Of a stretch of 64,000 bases of DNA, positions 20,395-30,169 are shown one piece after another. Location of the stretch: contig CANQWK010000001.1 in NCBI GenBank assembly GCA_947627545.1, positions 81,554-145,553 of the forward strand. The letters are read 5' to 3'. The position numbers and the translations under genes were made by a program. Position 1 is the first letter of the stretch, and the number at the start of each line of letters is the position of its first letter. The DNA comes from an uncultured Clostridia bacterium (lineage in GTDB: Bacteria > Bacillota > Clostridia > Christensenellales > UBA1242). The notes under the pieces are model-generated. The model did not search any database and was not told where the DNA came from. It saw nothing but the letters and a program-made list of their open reading frames with translations.

Positions 20395-21624
20395 ATGAGT
20401 GATTTAAACAAACCACAAAAAATTTTAATGATTCTTATGTACATTTTAGGCGGTTTAAGCCTACTTGTTGGTTCGTTCGTCATTTACAATTTAGTAAATT
20501 TTGCAAAACCGCAAACATTGGGTGTAACGTATGCTTCAACCTTAAACAGTTCTTCAGGGAAAGAGCCAATTTGTACAGTTAACATTTGGAGTAATGAAAA
20601 CAACAATGGGCAACAAATGTATGAAATACTTTGGAACTCATATACCGATGCTGACGGTCAAGGAATTAAAGGCTTTGGAATGCAAGTTGTTGGTGATTAT
20701 GTAGTAATAAATGCTGCAGATATTTATGGCGACCGTGATGAAGATTATTGGGAAAAATTAGGAAAAGCAACTGAGTTTAAAAATGGTTTTAGTAAAGAAG
20801 GTACGCTAGCCTATGGAGATTGGTATTTTTACAACACTGACGATTTAGGCGAATCTTCATATATGTTGCCATTTGATAAAATAGGCAACAATCTTTACAT
20901 AAGCATTGAAGATAAGTTTTATCAAATTAGGCTTACAAACTACACTTATAACGTAGATAAAACAGTTTGGTTGTTTTGGAACAAACGAGAGGAACATTCA
21001 GCATCTCAAACATTTTTTGAATTGACAGATTTTGTTTTTCACTCTGCATTGCAGGACAGTGCAAGGCATGAAAATTCAACATATTATATAAATTTTTTAG
21101 AATGTTCCGCATTTTATGAAATTTTATATAAAGACGAAAAAGGTCAATACCATGAAATGCCTGATACAACAGATTTAAAAAATTATTTACAAGTTAAGGT
21201 AAATTATCACAAAGACGGCATAACTTCCGCTACTGATTCAATGTTCAAACAAATTGGTTATTCTACAACATGGTCATTTTTCAATAATGATAACCTAAAA
21301 AAATATTGGAATGCTTACGGCGAAATTAAAATTACCGAAAAACAAATTAATTCAATTTATAACAAAGAACGCAATTCGTACTATGTAACCATAGATGAAA
21401 AATTTGCTAAATATTTAGAAAATGCCAATATGGCGGAAATTATTGTAGATATTAATCTAGACAATTTAAATTATGACATTTACGGAATTGATTTAAAATT
21501 TTTCACATTTGATATGAAACAATTTGAAATTACTTCAACCAAAAACACCGCTGAAACATTTGTTTTATATAATTCAGGCAACACAAATATTGCTCCAACA
21601 TTACATTTAGGAGGTGCAGCATAA
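20395..21624 (+). CDS. N-terminally membrane-anchored beta-rich protein (putative virion surface protein)
   Basis: AGGAGG SD; single N-terminal TM; 409 aa. Confidence 0.65.
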   Translation: MSDLNKPQKILMILMYILGGLSLLVGSFVIYNLVNFAKPQTLGVTYASTLNSSSGKEPICTVNIWSNENNNGQQMYEILWNSYTDADGQGIKGFGMQVVGDYVVINAADIYGDRDEDYWEKLGKATEFKNGFSKEGTLAYGDWYFYNTDDLGESSYMLPFDKIGNNLYISIEDKFYQIRLTNYTYNVDKTVWLFWNKREEHSASQTFFELTDFVFHSALQDSARHENSTYYINFLECSAFYEILYKDEKGQYHEMPDTTDLKNYLQVKVNYHKDGITSATDSMFKQIGYSTTWSFFNNDNLKKYWNAYGEIKITEKQINSIYNKERNSYYVTIDEKFAKYLENANMAEIIVDINLDNLNYDIYGIDLKFFTFDMKQFEITSTKNTAETFVLYNSGNTNIAPTLHLGGAA

Positions 21625-21625
21625 T

Positions 21626-23362
21626 ATGACAAAAAAACATTATTTACAAATAATTCTTTGTACAAGCTTGGTTATTATTGCATCAGTTTTGTTTTCTTAC
21701 TATTACAAAGAATATATAGCACCTGAAAGCTACACGATTGGCAATATTACAACTCATGATTACACCGAACTATCAATTGCCGATTATTTTAGTGAAGGAG
21801 ATGTTTTATTTAGTCAAAATATAAACGCCATGTCTTTTGCAAATCAAGACGGAACGGCTACATATATTTGTAATTTTGAACCATTGCAATTTAATGGTTT
21901 AAAAAACAATTATATAATGTACGTCAATGAGCATTTAGTAAGTGATATTAAGCAACAAGCAGGTGCAATATCTGGTACTTATAAATTAAATTATTTAAAT
22001 GTTGATTCTACAATTCTTTGCAGTTCAAACATTAAAATAGATTTTGCTTTTTATTCATTATCTAGCAAATTACAAATAACGTTGCCTTTTGATGAAATAA
22101 GTTATTTATATAACTATTTTAAAACAGATAATTTTATTGTAACTTTGGCTCTAAATCCATTCACTATGCAAAATAAAGATGGCGAAATTGACGAAAAATT
22201 TAAAGATGTAGAAGAAATTTCAAAACTTGTAACCGAAATTTCTACAAAAGTTGATAATTTAGAAGAACAAGTAAGTTCGCATGAAAAAAATGTTTCAAAC
22301 TTATTACAATCTAACGAAGATAAAACAAACGAATTAAACCAAGCAAAAACAACAATTCAAGCGGACCAGGTTAAAAACAATGAATATAAATCTCAACTTG
22401 CTACTTTAACATCTTCAATTTTAGAGTTTGAAACTACAAATTCAAATTTGTTGGAAGCTGATAATCTTTTAAAAACAAAATTTGAAGAACAAAAAACAAA
22501 AGTTTCTTCTTTAACAACTAAAAATAACGAATTGGAAACAAGATTAAATGATTTAATAACTTTAATTGAAAATTATTCATTTGAAGATGAAAAAATAACA
22601 ATTACTTTTATGCTTAACGAAAAGGTTTATAAAATTGTTTCTATAACTCAAAATTCAACAACAAGTGTAGATAATCCGCCTGAAAATGACGAATACCAAT
22701 TTAATTATTGGGAAGTTGACGGCTCAAAAATAGAGTTAAGTTCCTACACATTCACAAAAAATACTATTGTAACAGCCAACATTACAAAGAAAATAACAGT
22801 TAATTATTATGCAAATGATAATTTACTTGAAACAAAAAAATGTTTAGCTGGAACTTTAACTTATTTTCCTAATACTCCAACAATACATTTAAAAAAGTTT
22901 AAAGGTTGGTCGGTTGACAAACAAAACGTTTTAAATGATTTTAACTTTAACAATGATATTTCGTTGTATGCGGTATATGAATATGCAATTGACGGCAATT
23001 ACACAGTTACACTCCCTCATACTTATGCAAGTGGTTTACATTTCAGCTGTACAATAACATTTAATATTTCTAATGGAAAAATTGGCAATGTAAAATTTGT
23101 AGCTATACCGGCTGAATATCCACTACTTCAATATTCTTTTACCGATAATAATTATTCTGATATTGTACAGTTTACTTACAATGATAACTTGTCAATCGTA
23201 GCATTTTACACATTAAATGGAAAAGAAACGCCTTTTACCGCTCAACTTATAATGAATTTTAATGATGTTATTGGTGAATGGGAACTTGAACAATACTATA
23301 ACATATCGCGTGAAATTTCAGATATTGAAGGTACATACACATTTAATTTTGAGCATGTTTAA
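21626..23362 (+). CDS. Membrane-anchored protein with coiled-coil stalk and InlB-B/Flg_new-like repeats (spike/adhesin-like)
   Basis: N-terminal TM, heptad region, YQFNYW and KKFKGWS...LYAVY repeats. Confidence 0.65.
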   Translation: MTKKHYLQIILCTSLVIIASVLFSYYYKEYIAPESYTIGNITTHDYTELSIADYFSEGDVLFSQNINAMSFANQDGTATYICNFEPLQFNGLKNNYIMYVNEHLVSDIKQQAGAISGTYKLNYLNVDSTILCSSNIKIDFAFYSLSSKLQITLPFDEISYLYNYFKTDNFIVTLALNPFTMQNKDGEIDEKFKDVEEISKLVTEISTKVDNLEEQVSSHEKNVSNLLQSNEDKTNELNQAKTTIQADQVKNNEYKSQLATLTSSILEFETTNSNLLEADNLLKTKFEEQKTKVSSLTTKNNELETRLNDLITLIENYSFEDEKITITFMLNEKVYKIVSITQNSTTSVDNPPENDEYQFNYWEVDGSKIELSSYTFTKNTIVTANITKKITVNYYANDNLLETKKCLAGTLTYFPNTPTIHLKKFKGWSVDKQNVLNDFNFNNDISLYAVYEYAIDGNYTVTLPHTYASGLHFSCTITFNISNGKIGNVKFVAIPAEYPLLQYSFTDNNYSDIVQFTYNDNLSIVAFYTLNGKETPFTAQLIMNFNDVIGEWELEQYYNISREISDIEGTYTFNFEHV

Positions 23363-23468
23363 CAAAATTAACAAAAATTTTTAAAAAATTAAAAAAATAA
23401 GCAAAAATTTAAAAAAATTTTAAAAATTTTAAATAAAAAATACAAATTTTTAAACAAAAGGAGAGAAA

Positions 23469-24626
23469 ATGAAGAAAATAAAAATTGCTTTAATATCTTC
23501 TTTAATAGTTATAATTTTAACTATTCTTGCTATTTTAGGCTTTTACATAGGAGATAACTTTAAAGATATACGTTCTTGGGTACAAAATACTCCTACGGAT
23601 GTTGAGGTTGAAAATAGCGAATTAGAGTTAAAATTAAAAAAGCAAGAAACGGAATATAACGAATTAATTTCGTTACGCAATTCCATACAAAAAGAATTAG
23701 ATAATTTAAAACAAAATGGAAGAGAAGAAGATACTAATAAAATAATAGAATTGCAAAATCAAATTAATAATTTAAATAGCGAAATATCTACAAAAATAAG
23801 TAAAATTTCACGTTTGTATGATGTTTTAAATCGAGTTGCAACTGAAATTACAGCGGAAGATTTGGAAGGTTTAACAGAAATATCGAGTTATTTCATGTAT
23901 AGTAATAAAAATTTAATTTCGTTAGAAATTCCAGAGGGAGTTACCAAGATTGGAGATTATGCTTTTTATCAATGTAGTAATTTACAGGAACTTAAATTGC
24001 CTAATTCTTTAATTTCAATAGGTAAAGAAACTTTTAGAACATGCAGTTCACTTAAAGATTTTCAATTTCCTAATAACCTACAAAGTTTAGGAGAAGAAGC
24101 ATTTAATAATTGTAGAACTCTAGAAAACGTGGTTTTGCCAAATTCAATAACTAATATAGGAAATAGTTGTTTTAGTTCTTGTGTAAATTTAAAGTCTTTT
24201 ACATTACCTGATACTATGTTAGAAATTCCTTTTGGTATAGTGCAAAGTTGTTCTCAATTAACCACGTTCAATTGTTCAAATAATATAACAACTATAGGAA
24301 CGAATGCTTTTCATTCTTGTTCAAAACTTGAGAATTTTTATATTCCAAGCACGGTAACACAAGTACAAGCTGGTGCATTTACATTTTGTTCTAAACTTAT
24401 TTTAACAATAGACTCTGAGCATGCTTATATTAATTTGGCAGGAACAGGTGCTGATAATTTAGGCGGAATATTTTGTCCTAATTTATACGAAGGTCGAATA
24501 GTAAAAGTGTTAAAAACAATTGTAGATAATGAAAGTAACGTAAACGAATTTTTAAACAATGCAGGCAAATTTACAAAAACAACAGATGAAGAAAATGATT
24601 TATATTACAAATTTGTTTCAATTTAA
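23469..24626 (+). CDS. Membrane-anchored coiled-coil protein with BspA-type LRR (LRR_5)
   Basis: N-terminal TM; IPEGVTKIGDYAFYQCSNL, LPNSLISIGKETFRTC repeats. Confidence 0.85.
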   Translation: MKKIKIALISSLIVIILTILAILGFYIGDNFKDIRSWVQNTPTDVEVENSELELKLKKQETEYNELISLRNSIQKELDNLKQNGREEDTNKIIELQNQINNLNSEISTKISKISRLYDVLNRVATEITAEDLEGLTEISSYFMYSNKNLISLEIPEGVTKIGDYAFYQCSNLQELKLPNSLISIGKETFRTCSSLKDFQFPNNLQSLGEEAFNNCRTLENVVLPNSITNIGNSCFSSCVNLKSFTLPDTMLEIPFGIVQSCSQLTTFNCSNNITTIGTNAFHSCSKLENFYIPSTVTQVQAGAFTFCSKLILTIDSEHAYINLAGTGADNLGGIFCPNLYEGRIVKVLKTIVDNESNVNEFLNNAGKFTKTTDEENDLYYKFVSI

Positions 24627-24648
24627 TTTGTTTTATTGAGGTAACAAA

Positions 24649-25476
24649 ATGATAATTCATATATCAGGCAAAACACGAAGAGGCAAAACCTCATTAGCAG
24701 TTGCTATGGTTATGGACTATTTAACAGGTGTTGATGATGAGAGATATATTAATAGTTGCAATTATATAAAAAACTTACAAAAGCAAGGATACAATGTATC
24801 TCTCCCACCTCAACATCACATTGTTAGTGCAAATATTAACATAGAAGATAAATATCCTAATGTTAAGGCCTACAAAGTAAGCGGCTTTAAACTTGGACTA
24901 CCCTTGCCCGAAGATTTAGCGAAAGAAGACAAATTTAAAAATGTTCAAACTGAAAGGCTAATCCCCCACGGTGTTTATTTGTTAGACGAATGTGCTAAAT
25001 ACTACAAATACAAAGAACTGCCACCCTGGGTTTTACGAATGTATGAATTAAGTGGTCAATATTTTCTATTGTTTCTGCTTATATCTCACAGATATATTGG
25101 TATAAACAAAGATTTGCGAGCATTAATTGACAAATTTATCTATGTTGTTGAAAGTATGCACACATATATTGTTAATGGCAAAACCATAAAACAACGCAAA
25201 TATCGTGAAGACGGTAAATTAATAAAAACTGTTTGGACTTATTATGAATTTGAAGATGAGGGAGATTTAGAACAGTTTTTACAAACTACAACAAAAGAAA
25301 AATCTAAAATTGGTAAAAAATGCACTTATACATTTAATGGAGATATAAAAAGCCATTATGACCCGTATAACTTTAAAAAAGCATTTGAAAACCACCCTAA
25401 CGATTTTTCTTATTCTTCAAAAGAAGAAATAGATAATTATTTAGAGCCAAAAACATGGGCTGTTGGAGAAAAATGA
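24649..25476 (+). CDS. Zot/pI-like (FtsK-HerA superfamily) morphogenesis/packaging ATPase
   Basis: N-terminal Walker A GKTRRGKT, Walker B YLLDE, LLISHR and INKDLRAL..KF arginine-finger-like motif; 275 aa. Confidence 0.7.
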   Translation: MIIHISGKTRRGKTSLAVAMVMDYLTGVDDERYINSCNYIKNLQKQGYNVSLPPQHHIVSANINIEDKYPNVKAYKVSGFKLGLPLPEDLAKEDKFKNVQTERLIPHGVYLLDECAKYYKYKELPPWVLRMYELSGQYFLLFLLISHRYIGINKDLRALIDKFIYVVESMHTYIVNGKTIKQRKYREDGKLIKTVWTYYEFEDEGDLEQFLQTTTKEKSKIGKKCTYTFNGDIKSHYDPYNFKKAFENHPNDFSYSSKEEIDNYLEPKTWAVGEK

Positions 25477-25832
25477 TATTTAAACAAGATGACGAAAACA
25501 TTACCATTATTGATATGAATTTTGAAAGCATTGATGAATGCACAGAATATTTTAATAACGAATATGGCAAATTAAAAGTTGTTCTATCCAAAATTGAAGA
25601 TAAGCGAGAACAAAAAAGAATAAAAAAATTTATGTTCAAATATTTGCGTAATCAAATGTTTTCTAATCTTAAATTTTTAGGAATAAAAGATAAAGAAAAA
25701 TTAAAAGAAAAATTTAAAGAATTAAAAAATAAAAATAATAATCAATCCAACAATCAAAAAATAAAACCTGAAATTACAGGTCCTGCAATTACAGGGCAAA
25801 TTGAAAGTGGTAATGGTGGTTTACCAACATAA
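25473..25832 (+). CDS. Basic hypothetical protein coupled to the ATPase gene
   Basis: ATGA overlap with ATPase stop; GGAG SD. Confidence 0.65.
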   Translation: MIFKQDDENITIIDMNFESIDECTEYFNNEYGKLKVVLSKIEDKREQKRIKKFMFKYLRNQMFSNLKFLGIKDKEKLKEKFKELKNKNNNQSNNQKIKPEITGPAITGQIESGNGGLPT

Positions 25833-25833
25833 T

Positions 25834-25986
25834 TTAAATCAAAATGCTTACGAATGAATATAAAAATTTGCCTTTGTCTAATTTGTAATACAAATAGACT
25901 AGGCAAATTTATAGAAACGATGAAGCATTTTGATTTAATAAGGTAATGAAAATTGACCTTATATTAGCCGCAACTTGTTGCGGCTA
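25834..25986. other. Hairpin cluster: ~105-nt imperfect stem-loop plus two smaller hairpins
   Basis: ttaaatcaaaatgctt...aagcattttgatttaa; ataaggt..accttat; tagccgcaac-tt-gttgcggcta. Confidence 0.75.
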
Positions 25987-26034
25987 TTGGCTGATTTAGG
26001 TATTTAACCTACACACAATAAGAAAGGAGAAACA

Positions 26035-26250
26035 ATGAACGAAGAACAAACAATTCATTTAATGAAACAAATGGATAAGTCCATGATAATTCAATCTTAC
26101 ATAAAATTAAGCCGTGAATATGAAGAATTTTTGGCTAACCATAAACAACTTATAACAATTAAAAATAATAAAATTACTGAACTTGAAAAAAAGATTGCTG
26201 AACTTTACGAACTGTTAAAAAAACTCCAACTACAAGGAGAGCAATGTTAG
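26035..26250 (+). CDS. Small coiled-coil phage protein
   Basis: AAGGAG SD; 71 aa. Confidence 0.65.
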   Translation: MNEEQTIHLMKQMDKSMIIQSYIKLSREYEEFLANHKQLITIKNNKITELEKKIAELYELLKKLQLQGEQC

Positions 26251-26414
26251 ATATAATTTTGCTATCACTATTGATAGTTACAAGCAATTTAGCAACAGTA
26301 GTGTTTATTTGCAAAGGAATTATTGAAAAAGACAAAAATTTTTATCTATATGCACTTCCAACGGCATTTACAACACTTGTTTCAATTGTTGGGCTAATAA
26401 AATTATTTATTTAA
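26244..26414 (+). CDS. 56-aa two-TM protein absent from the ORF track
   Basis: AAGGAG SD; MLDIILLSLLIVTSNLATVVFICKG...LVSIVGLIKLFI*. Confidence 0.6.
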   Translation: MLDIILLSLLIVTSNLATVVFICKGIIEKDKNFYLYALPTAFTTLVSIVGLIKLFI

Positions 26415-26428
26415 TAAAGGAGTGAAAA

Positions 26429-27061
26429 ATGAAAGAGAAAATTAAGGTAGATTGCAAAAATTGCATATTCTATGAACAAAAAATCAAAGAAAAAAACCAA
26501 CGCATAGCGGAACTTGAAGAAGAAAATTCAAAAATGAAAAAAAAGTTGGAGAACCCACACGATGTTTGGGTTGAAAATAACACATTGACTGAAATAAATA
26601 ATTGGCAAAATGGCGAAATTTCCAGGTTACACGAACAGTTGAAAAATGCTATTGTGCCTAAATTAAGAGAAGGAAATATGTATTATGCTGTTTGCAAACT
26701 ATCTGCAACAAAAGAATGCCCCGTATGCAAAGGACTATATGAAAAAGAAATAGAACAAGGGAATTTTGTTGGCATGATGAAATGTTCTAATTGTAATAAC
26801 GGTAAAGTGAAAGAATGTGAATACTGTATTATCCCTATAACGATTGAATCAGCCACATATTATTCAAATGGAGAAACTTGCAATGCTACGGTAAACCTAG
26901 ACGAGTCAATCATAAAAGAAAAATGTACACTATCAGAAATTGGCGGTGGAGTTTGCTATGGTTATGATTGGTTCGAAGAGTGGGGTTTTCATGTCAACCA
27001 CGAAAATATGATTTTTCCAACCAAAGCCGAAGCACAAAAATATTTGGAGGAACACAAATGA
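26429..27061 (+). CDS. Phage protein with coiled coil and CxxCxG zinc-finger pairs
   Basis: CPVCKG..CSNCNNG; ends TKAEAQKYLE. Confidence 0.7.
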   Translation: MKEKIKVDCKNCIFYEQKIKEKNQRIAELEEENSKMKKKLENPHDVWVENNTLTEINNWQNGEISRLHEQLKNAIVPKLREGNMYYAVCKLSATKECPVCKGLYEKEIEQGNFVGMMKCSNCNNGKVKECEYCIIPITIESATYYSNGETCNATVNLDESIIKEKCTLSEIGGGVCYGYDWFEEWGFHVNHENMIFPTKAEAQKYLEEHK

Positions 27062-27417
27062 ACAAAGAAAGTTTGATTTTGGGTAAACCATTGACAAATA
27101 AACGCAAGTGGCTTGCTAAATTAAAAGCCAAATGGACATTATATTTAGATGATGATTTAGGGTTTTTTATAAATGAAAAACCAATATCAGAAAATGCAAG
27201 TGATAAAATTAAAAAAAATCAAATTCTATGCCTTTATTTTGATGATGATTATATAGAAGGTTGCGAAATTGTTGGGAAAACATTAAAAACAGGAAAGTGT
27301 AAAATTGGTTGGAAAACATTGCAAGAATCGATAGAAGATGAGAATTTTGATATATTGGAATTTACTGAGCAATGCAAAAAACTATATTTGGAGGAATTAT
27401 GCAAAACGAAACAATAA
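27058..27417 (+). CDS. Phage-like hypothetical protein
   Basis: GGAGG SD, ATGA overlap. Confidence 0.65.
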   Translation: MNKESLILGKPLTNKRKWLAKLKAKWTLYLDDDLGFFINEKPISENASDKIKKNQILCLYFDDDYIEGCEIVGKTLKTGKCKIGWKTLQESIEDENFDILEFTEQCKKLYLEELCKTKQ

Positions 27418-27776
27418 AACATTATGTATGCCTTCATTTAGGCATTTTATGTCAAAATGACATAGAAACTTATGTAACTCAATGGCTAGATGAAAAATTT
27501 GATTTAGACTTTATGGTAAGTGTTGCAGATTTTTGTTTTATCAATAGAATAACCGAGATTAAAACATTCAATGATATATTGGAAGAGCTACACAAAAGCA
27601 ATATTTTAACAAAAGATGATTTTTTGAGAAATTGCAAAGATTTATCTTTTCTATCAAAATATAGGACCAAAACCATTGCAAAAAAAGAAACAACTAAAAA
27701 TGAATTTCTACATAATCAATATAGTTCAGAACAAATTGCAGGGATAATGACAAACTTAGATGAGGTTGAGGTGTAA
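27399..27776 (+). CDS. Hypothetical protein (weak DnaD-like C-terminal resemblance)
   Basis: GGAGG SD; ends NQYSSEQIAGIMTNLDEVEV. Confidence 0.55.
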   Translation: MQNETIKHYVCLHLGILCQNDIETYVTQWLDEKFDLDFMVSVADFCFINRITEIKTFNDILEELHKSNILTKDDFLRNCKDLSFLSKYRTKTIAKKETTKNEFLHNQYSSEQIAGIMTNLDEVEV

Positions 27777-28072
27777 TGAAAATAGCAAATAACATTAAAT
27801 TAACAATGATTTGCATCTGTGCAGTAATATTTTCAATTATTAGTTATGCCCTATTGCCTTTAACTATTGATATTTTGGCAGGTAAAGATTTATTAACATT
27901 GTTTGTTGGCTTTATAATTGTTCCATTGGGCATTTGCTTTTATTTAAGCGGTGTTTTTTTCTCACTTTCATTAATAGTGTCAGGCATATTCAATAAAACT
28001 AAAATTTGGTGGATTTTAGGCATTATATTGGTTATTGCAAATATAGGTGCAATTATTTTTGCTTTTATTTAA
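27776..28072 (+). CDS. Three-TM membrane protein
   Basis: Hydrophobic 98 aa ORF, TAATG coupling. Confidence 0.65.
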   Translation: MKIANNIKLTMICICAVIFSIISYALLPLTIDILAGKDLLTLFVGFIIVPLGICFYLSGVFFSLSLIVSGIFNKTKIWWILGIILVIANIGAIIFAFI

Positions 28073-28176
28073 AAATTTTATAAATTTTGTAAAAAATAAC
28101 AAAAAAATTAAAAAAATGTGAAATTTCATATAAAAAAATTAACTTTTTAAAAAATTTTTACAATTTAGGAGAAAAT

Positions 28177-28833
28177 TTGAAAACTAATAACGAGTCAATA
28201 AAACGAGATATTTTCAAATTAGATTTAATTAAAGATGCTGAACTAATTGGTCCTTATGGAATGCCTCTTTTAAAAGGTATACAAATTGATGAAGAAGTTA
28301 AAATGCTTCCTTTTAATTATATTTTTTCAACTAACCACCCTAATTTAGTTTATTTGCATTTTTATTTAGATGACTATCAATTTGAAAGAATTTGGAACTA
28401 CCCTAACTATTACGCAAAAATTTTACCTTATTTCAAAGGAGTTGTTGCCCCTGATTTCAGTTTATACATTGGGCTTCCAAAAATTTTGCAAATATGGAAT
28501 TGTTATCGTTCAAGAGTTCTAGCATATTTTTGGCAATCATTAGGAATTTCAGTTATACCAAATGCAACATGGTCAGATGAGGAAAGTTTTAATTGGTGCT
28601 TTGATGGTTTGCCAACAAATTCGGCTATTGCTGTAAGTTCCTTAGGCTGTATGAATAACAGCGAATCCATTTTGAACTTTTGTAAAGGTTTTAAAGAAAT
28701 GGATAAAAGGCTACACCCCACAAAAATATTTTTCTATGGAATTGTGCCTGAGAGCCTAAAAGATGACAATAGAATAGTGCATATAGAAACCTTTACACAA
28801 ATAAAATTTAACTTTGAGGAGGAAAACGTTTAA
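28177..28833 (+). CDS. DUF4417 domain protein
   Basis: HFYLDDYQFERIWN, PDFSLY..P..LQIWNCYRSR, VIPNATW, CFDGLP. Confidence 0.88.
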   Translation: MKTNNESIKRDIFKLDLIKDAELIGPYGMPLLKGIQIDEEVKMLPFNYIFSTNHPNLVYLHFYLDDYQFERIWNYPNYYAKILPYFKGVVAPDFSLYIGLPKILQIWNCYRSRVLAYFWQSLGISVIPNATWSDEESFNWCFDGLPTNSAIAVSSLGCMNNSESILNFCKGFKEMDKRLHPTKIFFYGIVPESLKDDNRIVHIETFTQIKFNFEEENV

Positions 28834-29696
28834 TGGGCGGAAGAGGTAGTTTATATTTAAATTTCTATAACCCAAACCATAATAGTATGCCTAATTTAGA
28901 CATAGCAAATATTATATCTACGCAAGACCAAGATAAAGATACTTTAAAAGAATATAACGGAAAAACTGAAAAATTGCGCAATAAAAAAATTTTTATCAAA
29001 GAATCAACCGATTTAATTCCAGAAAATATTTTTAAACCAAACATAAACAAAATTGACCATTTAACTAGAAAATATTTAGATTCTACGCAAATTTTAAAAA
29101 ACCAAAACAAACAAATGTCTATAAGGTCAATAAAATTAAATAATTTAACAACAGCTTGTTATATTTCAAACAATCACAATTTAAATAATTTACAAATTAT
29201 TTTAAATGACAAAATTAAACACACAAAAAAATCTTCACTCGAAACCAATGTTCAAAAAATTATAGATAGAGGTTATTGGGTTAAAACTGATAAAAAAGAA
29301 TTGGTTAACCAAGCAATAACACACGAATTTGGTCATCATATTCAACGAGTACTAATGGAATTAGACAAAACAACTTCTAGCGGTCGAGAAAGATATAATA
29401 ACTATTTAGAAGATGTAAAAAAAGCCAAAACAAAAAGTCAAATCAAAAACTTAGGAAATAAGTTTTTTGAAGATTATGCAACAGAATATTTTAAAGCAAT
29501 TCAAAGAATTGAACGAAAAGAATTTAATCATATAACTACACACGATGAATTAAGTGGTTATAGTACAGAAAGTAATTCAGAAGCATTTGCGGAACTATTT
29601 GCAAAAGCAAATTGCACTAAGGATAAAGACACACTATCAAAGTCAATGGATTTATTTTTAAGTAAAAAAATGAAAGTTGCAGCAAGAAGTAATTAA
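28833..29696 (+). CDS. MGGRG-start protein with zincin HExxH metallopeptidase-like motif
   Basis: Starts MGGRG; ITHEFGHH and SGYS...EAFAELF. Confidence 0.7.
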   Translation: MGGRGSLYLNFYNPNHNSMPNLDIANIISTQDQDKDTLKEYNGKTEKLRNKKIFIKESTDLIPENIFKPNINKIDHLTRKYLDSTQILKNQNKQMSIRSIKLNNLTTACYISNNHNLNNLQIILNDKIKHTKKSSLETNVQKIIDRGYWVKTDKKELVNQAITHEFGHHIQRVLMELDKTTSSGRERYNNYLEDVKKAKTKSQIKNLGNKFFEDYATEYFKAIQRIERKEFNHITTHDELSGYSTESNSEAFAELFAKANCTKDKDTLSKSMDLFLSKKMKVAARSN

Positions 29697-29699
29697 ACA

Positions 29700-29727
29700 T
29701 TGACAAATAAAAAATATTTGATATAAT
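29700..29727 (+). promoter_or_regulatory. Consensus SigA promoter for the last element gene
   Basis: TTGACA-16-TATAAT followed by AAGGAG SD. Confidence 0.7.
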
Positions 29728-29744
29728 AAAAAAAGGAGTTAATT

Positions 29745-30038
29745 ATGTTATTAGATATGCCCTATTTTATGGAAAATAAAGATTGGTTTTATCGTATTAA
29801 AAATGAAGAAACAGGAACTTATAAATATTTTTTAACAGTTTTAGGCAAAAGTATTCCAGAAGTTGTTAAAAGTTATGAAGAACATCAAAAACAACTAAAT
29901 GAGCCTGATATGGTTTTTATTTACAATTCACTTAAAGATGCAGAAGAATCAATACGCAATGATTTAAAAGCAAAGGGATTAGCTGAAAATGAAATTGAAA
30001 AACAAGTAAGTGAATGGAAAGAAAGAATTAGTAAATAA
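29745..30038 (+). CDS. Small hypothetical protein (possible immunity partner)
   Basis: 97 aa, own promoter, MPYFMENKDWFY. Confidence 0.6.
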   Translation: MLLDMPYFMENKDWFYRIKNEETGTYKYFLTVLGKSIPEVVKSYEEHQKQLNEPDMVFIYNSLKDAEESIRNDLKAKGLAENEIEKQVSEWKERISK

Positions 30039-30039
30039 A

Positions 30040-30061
30040 AAAACTAGCATTTTGCTAGTTT
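30040..30061. terminator. Intrinsic terminator
   Basis: aaactagca-ttt-tgctagttt. Confidence 0.65.
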
Positions 30062-30169
30062 AAAAAATCAAAAAATGTTCCTTGAATTTTTGTTAAATTT
30101 TGAGTAGAATTTGAGTAGAATTTTTTGCAATATATCTATTTTATAGGTGGTTTTTGAGTGTTGAGTTAT

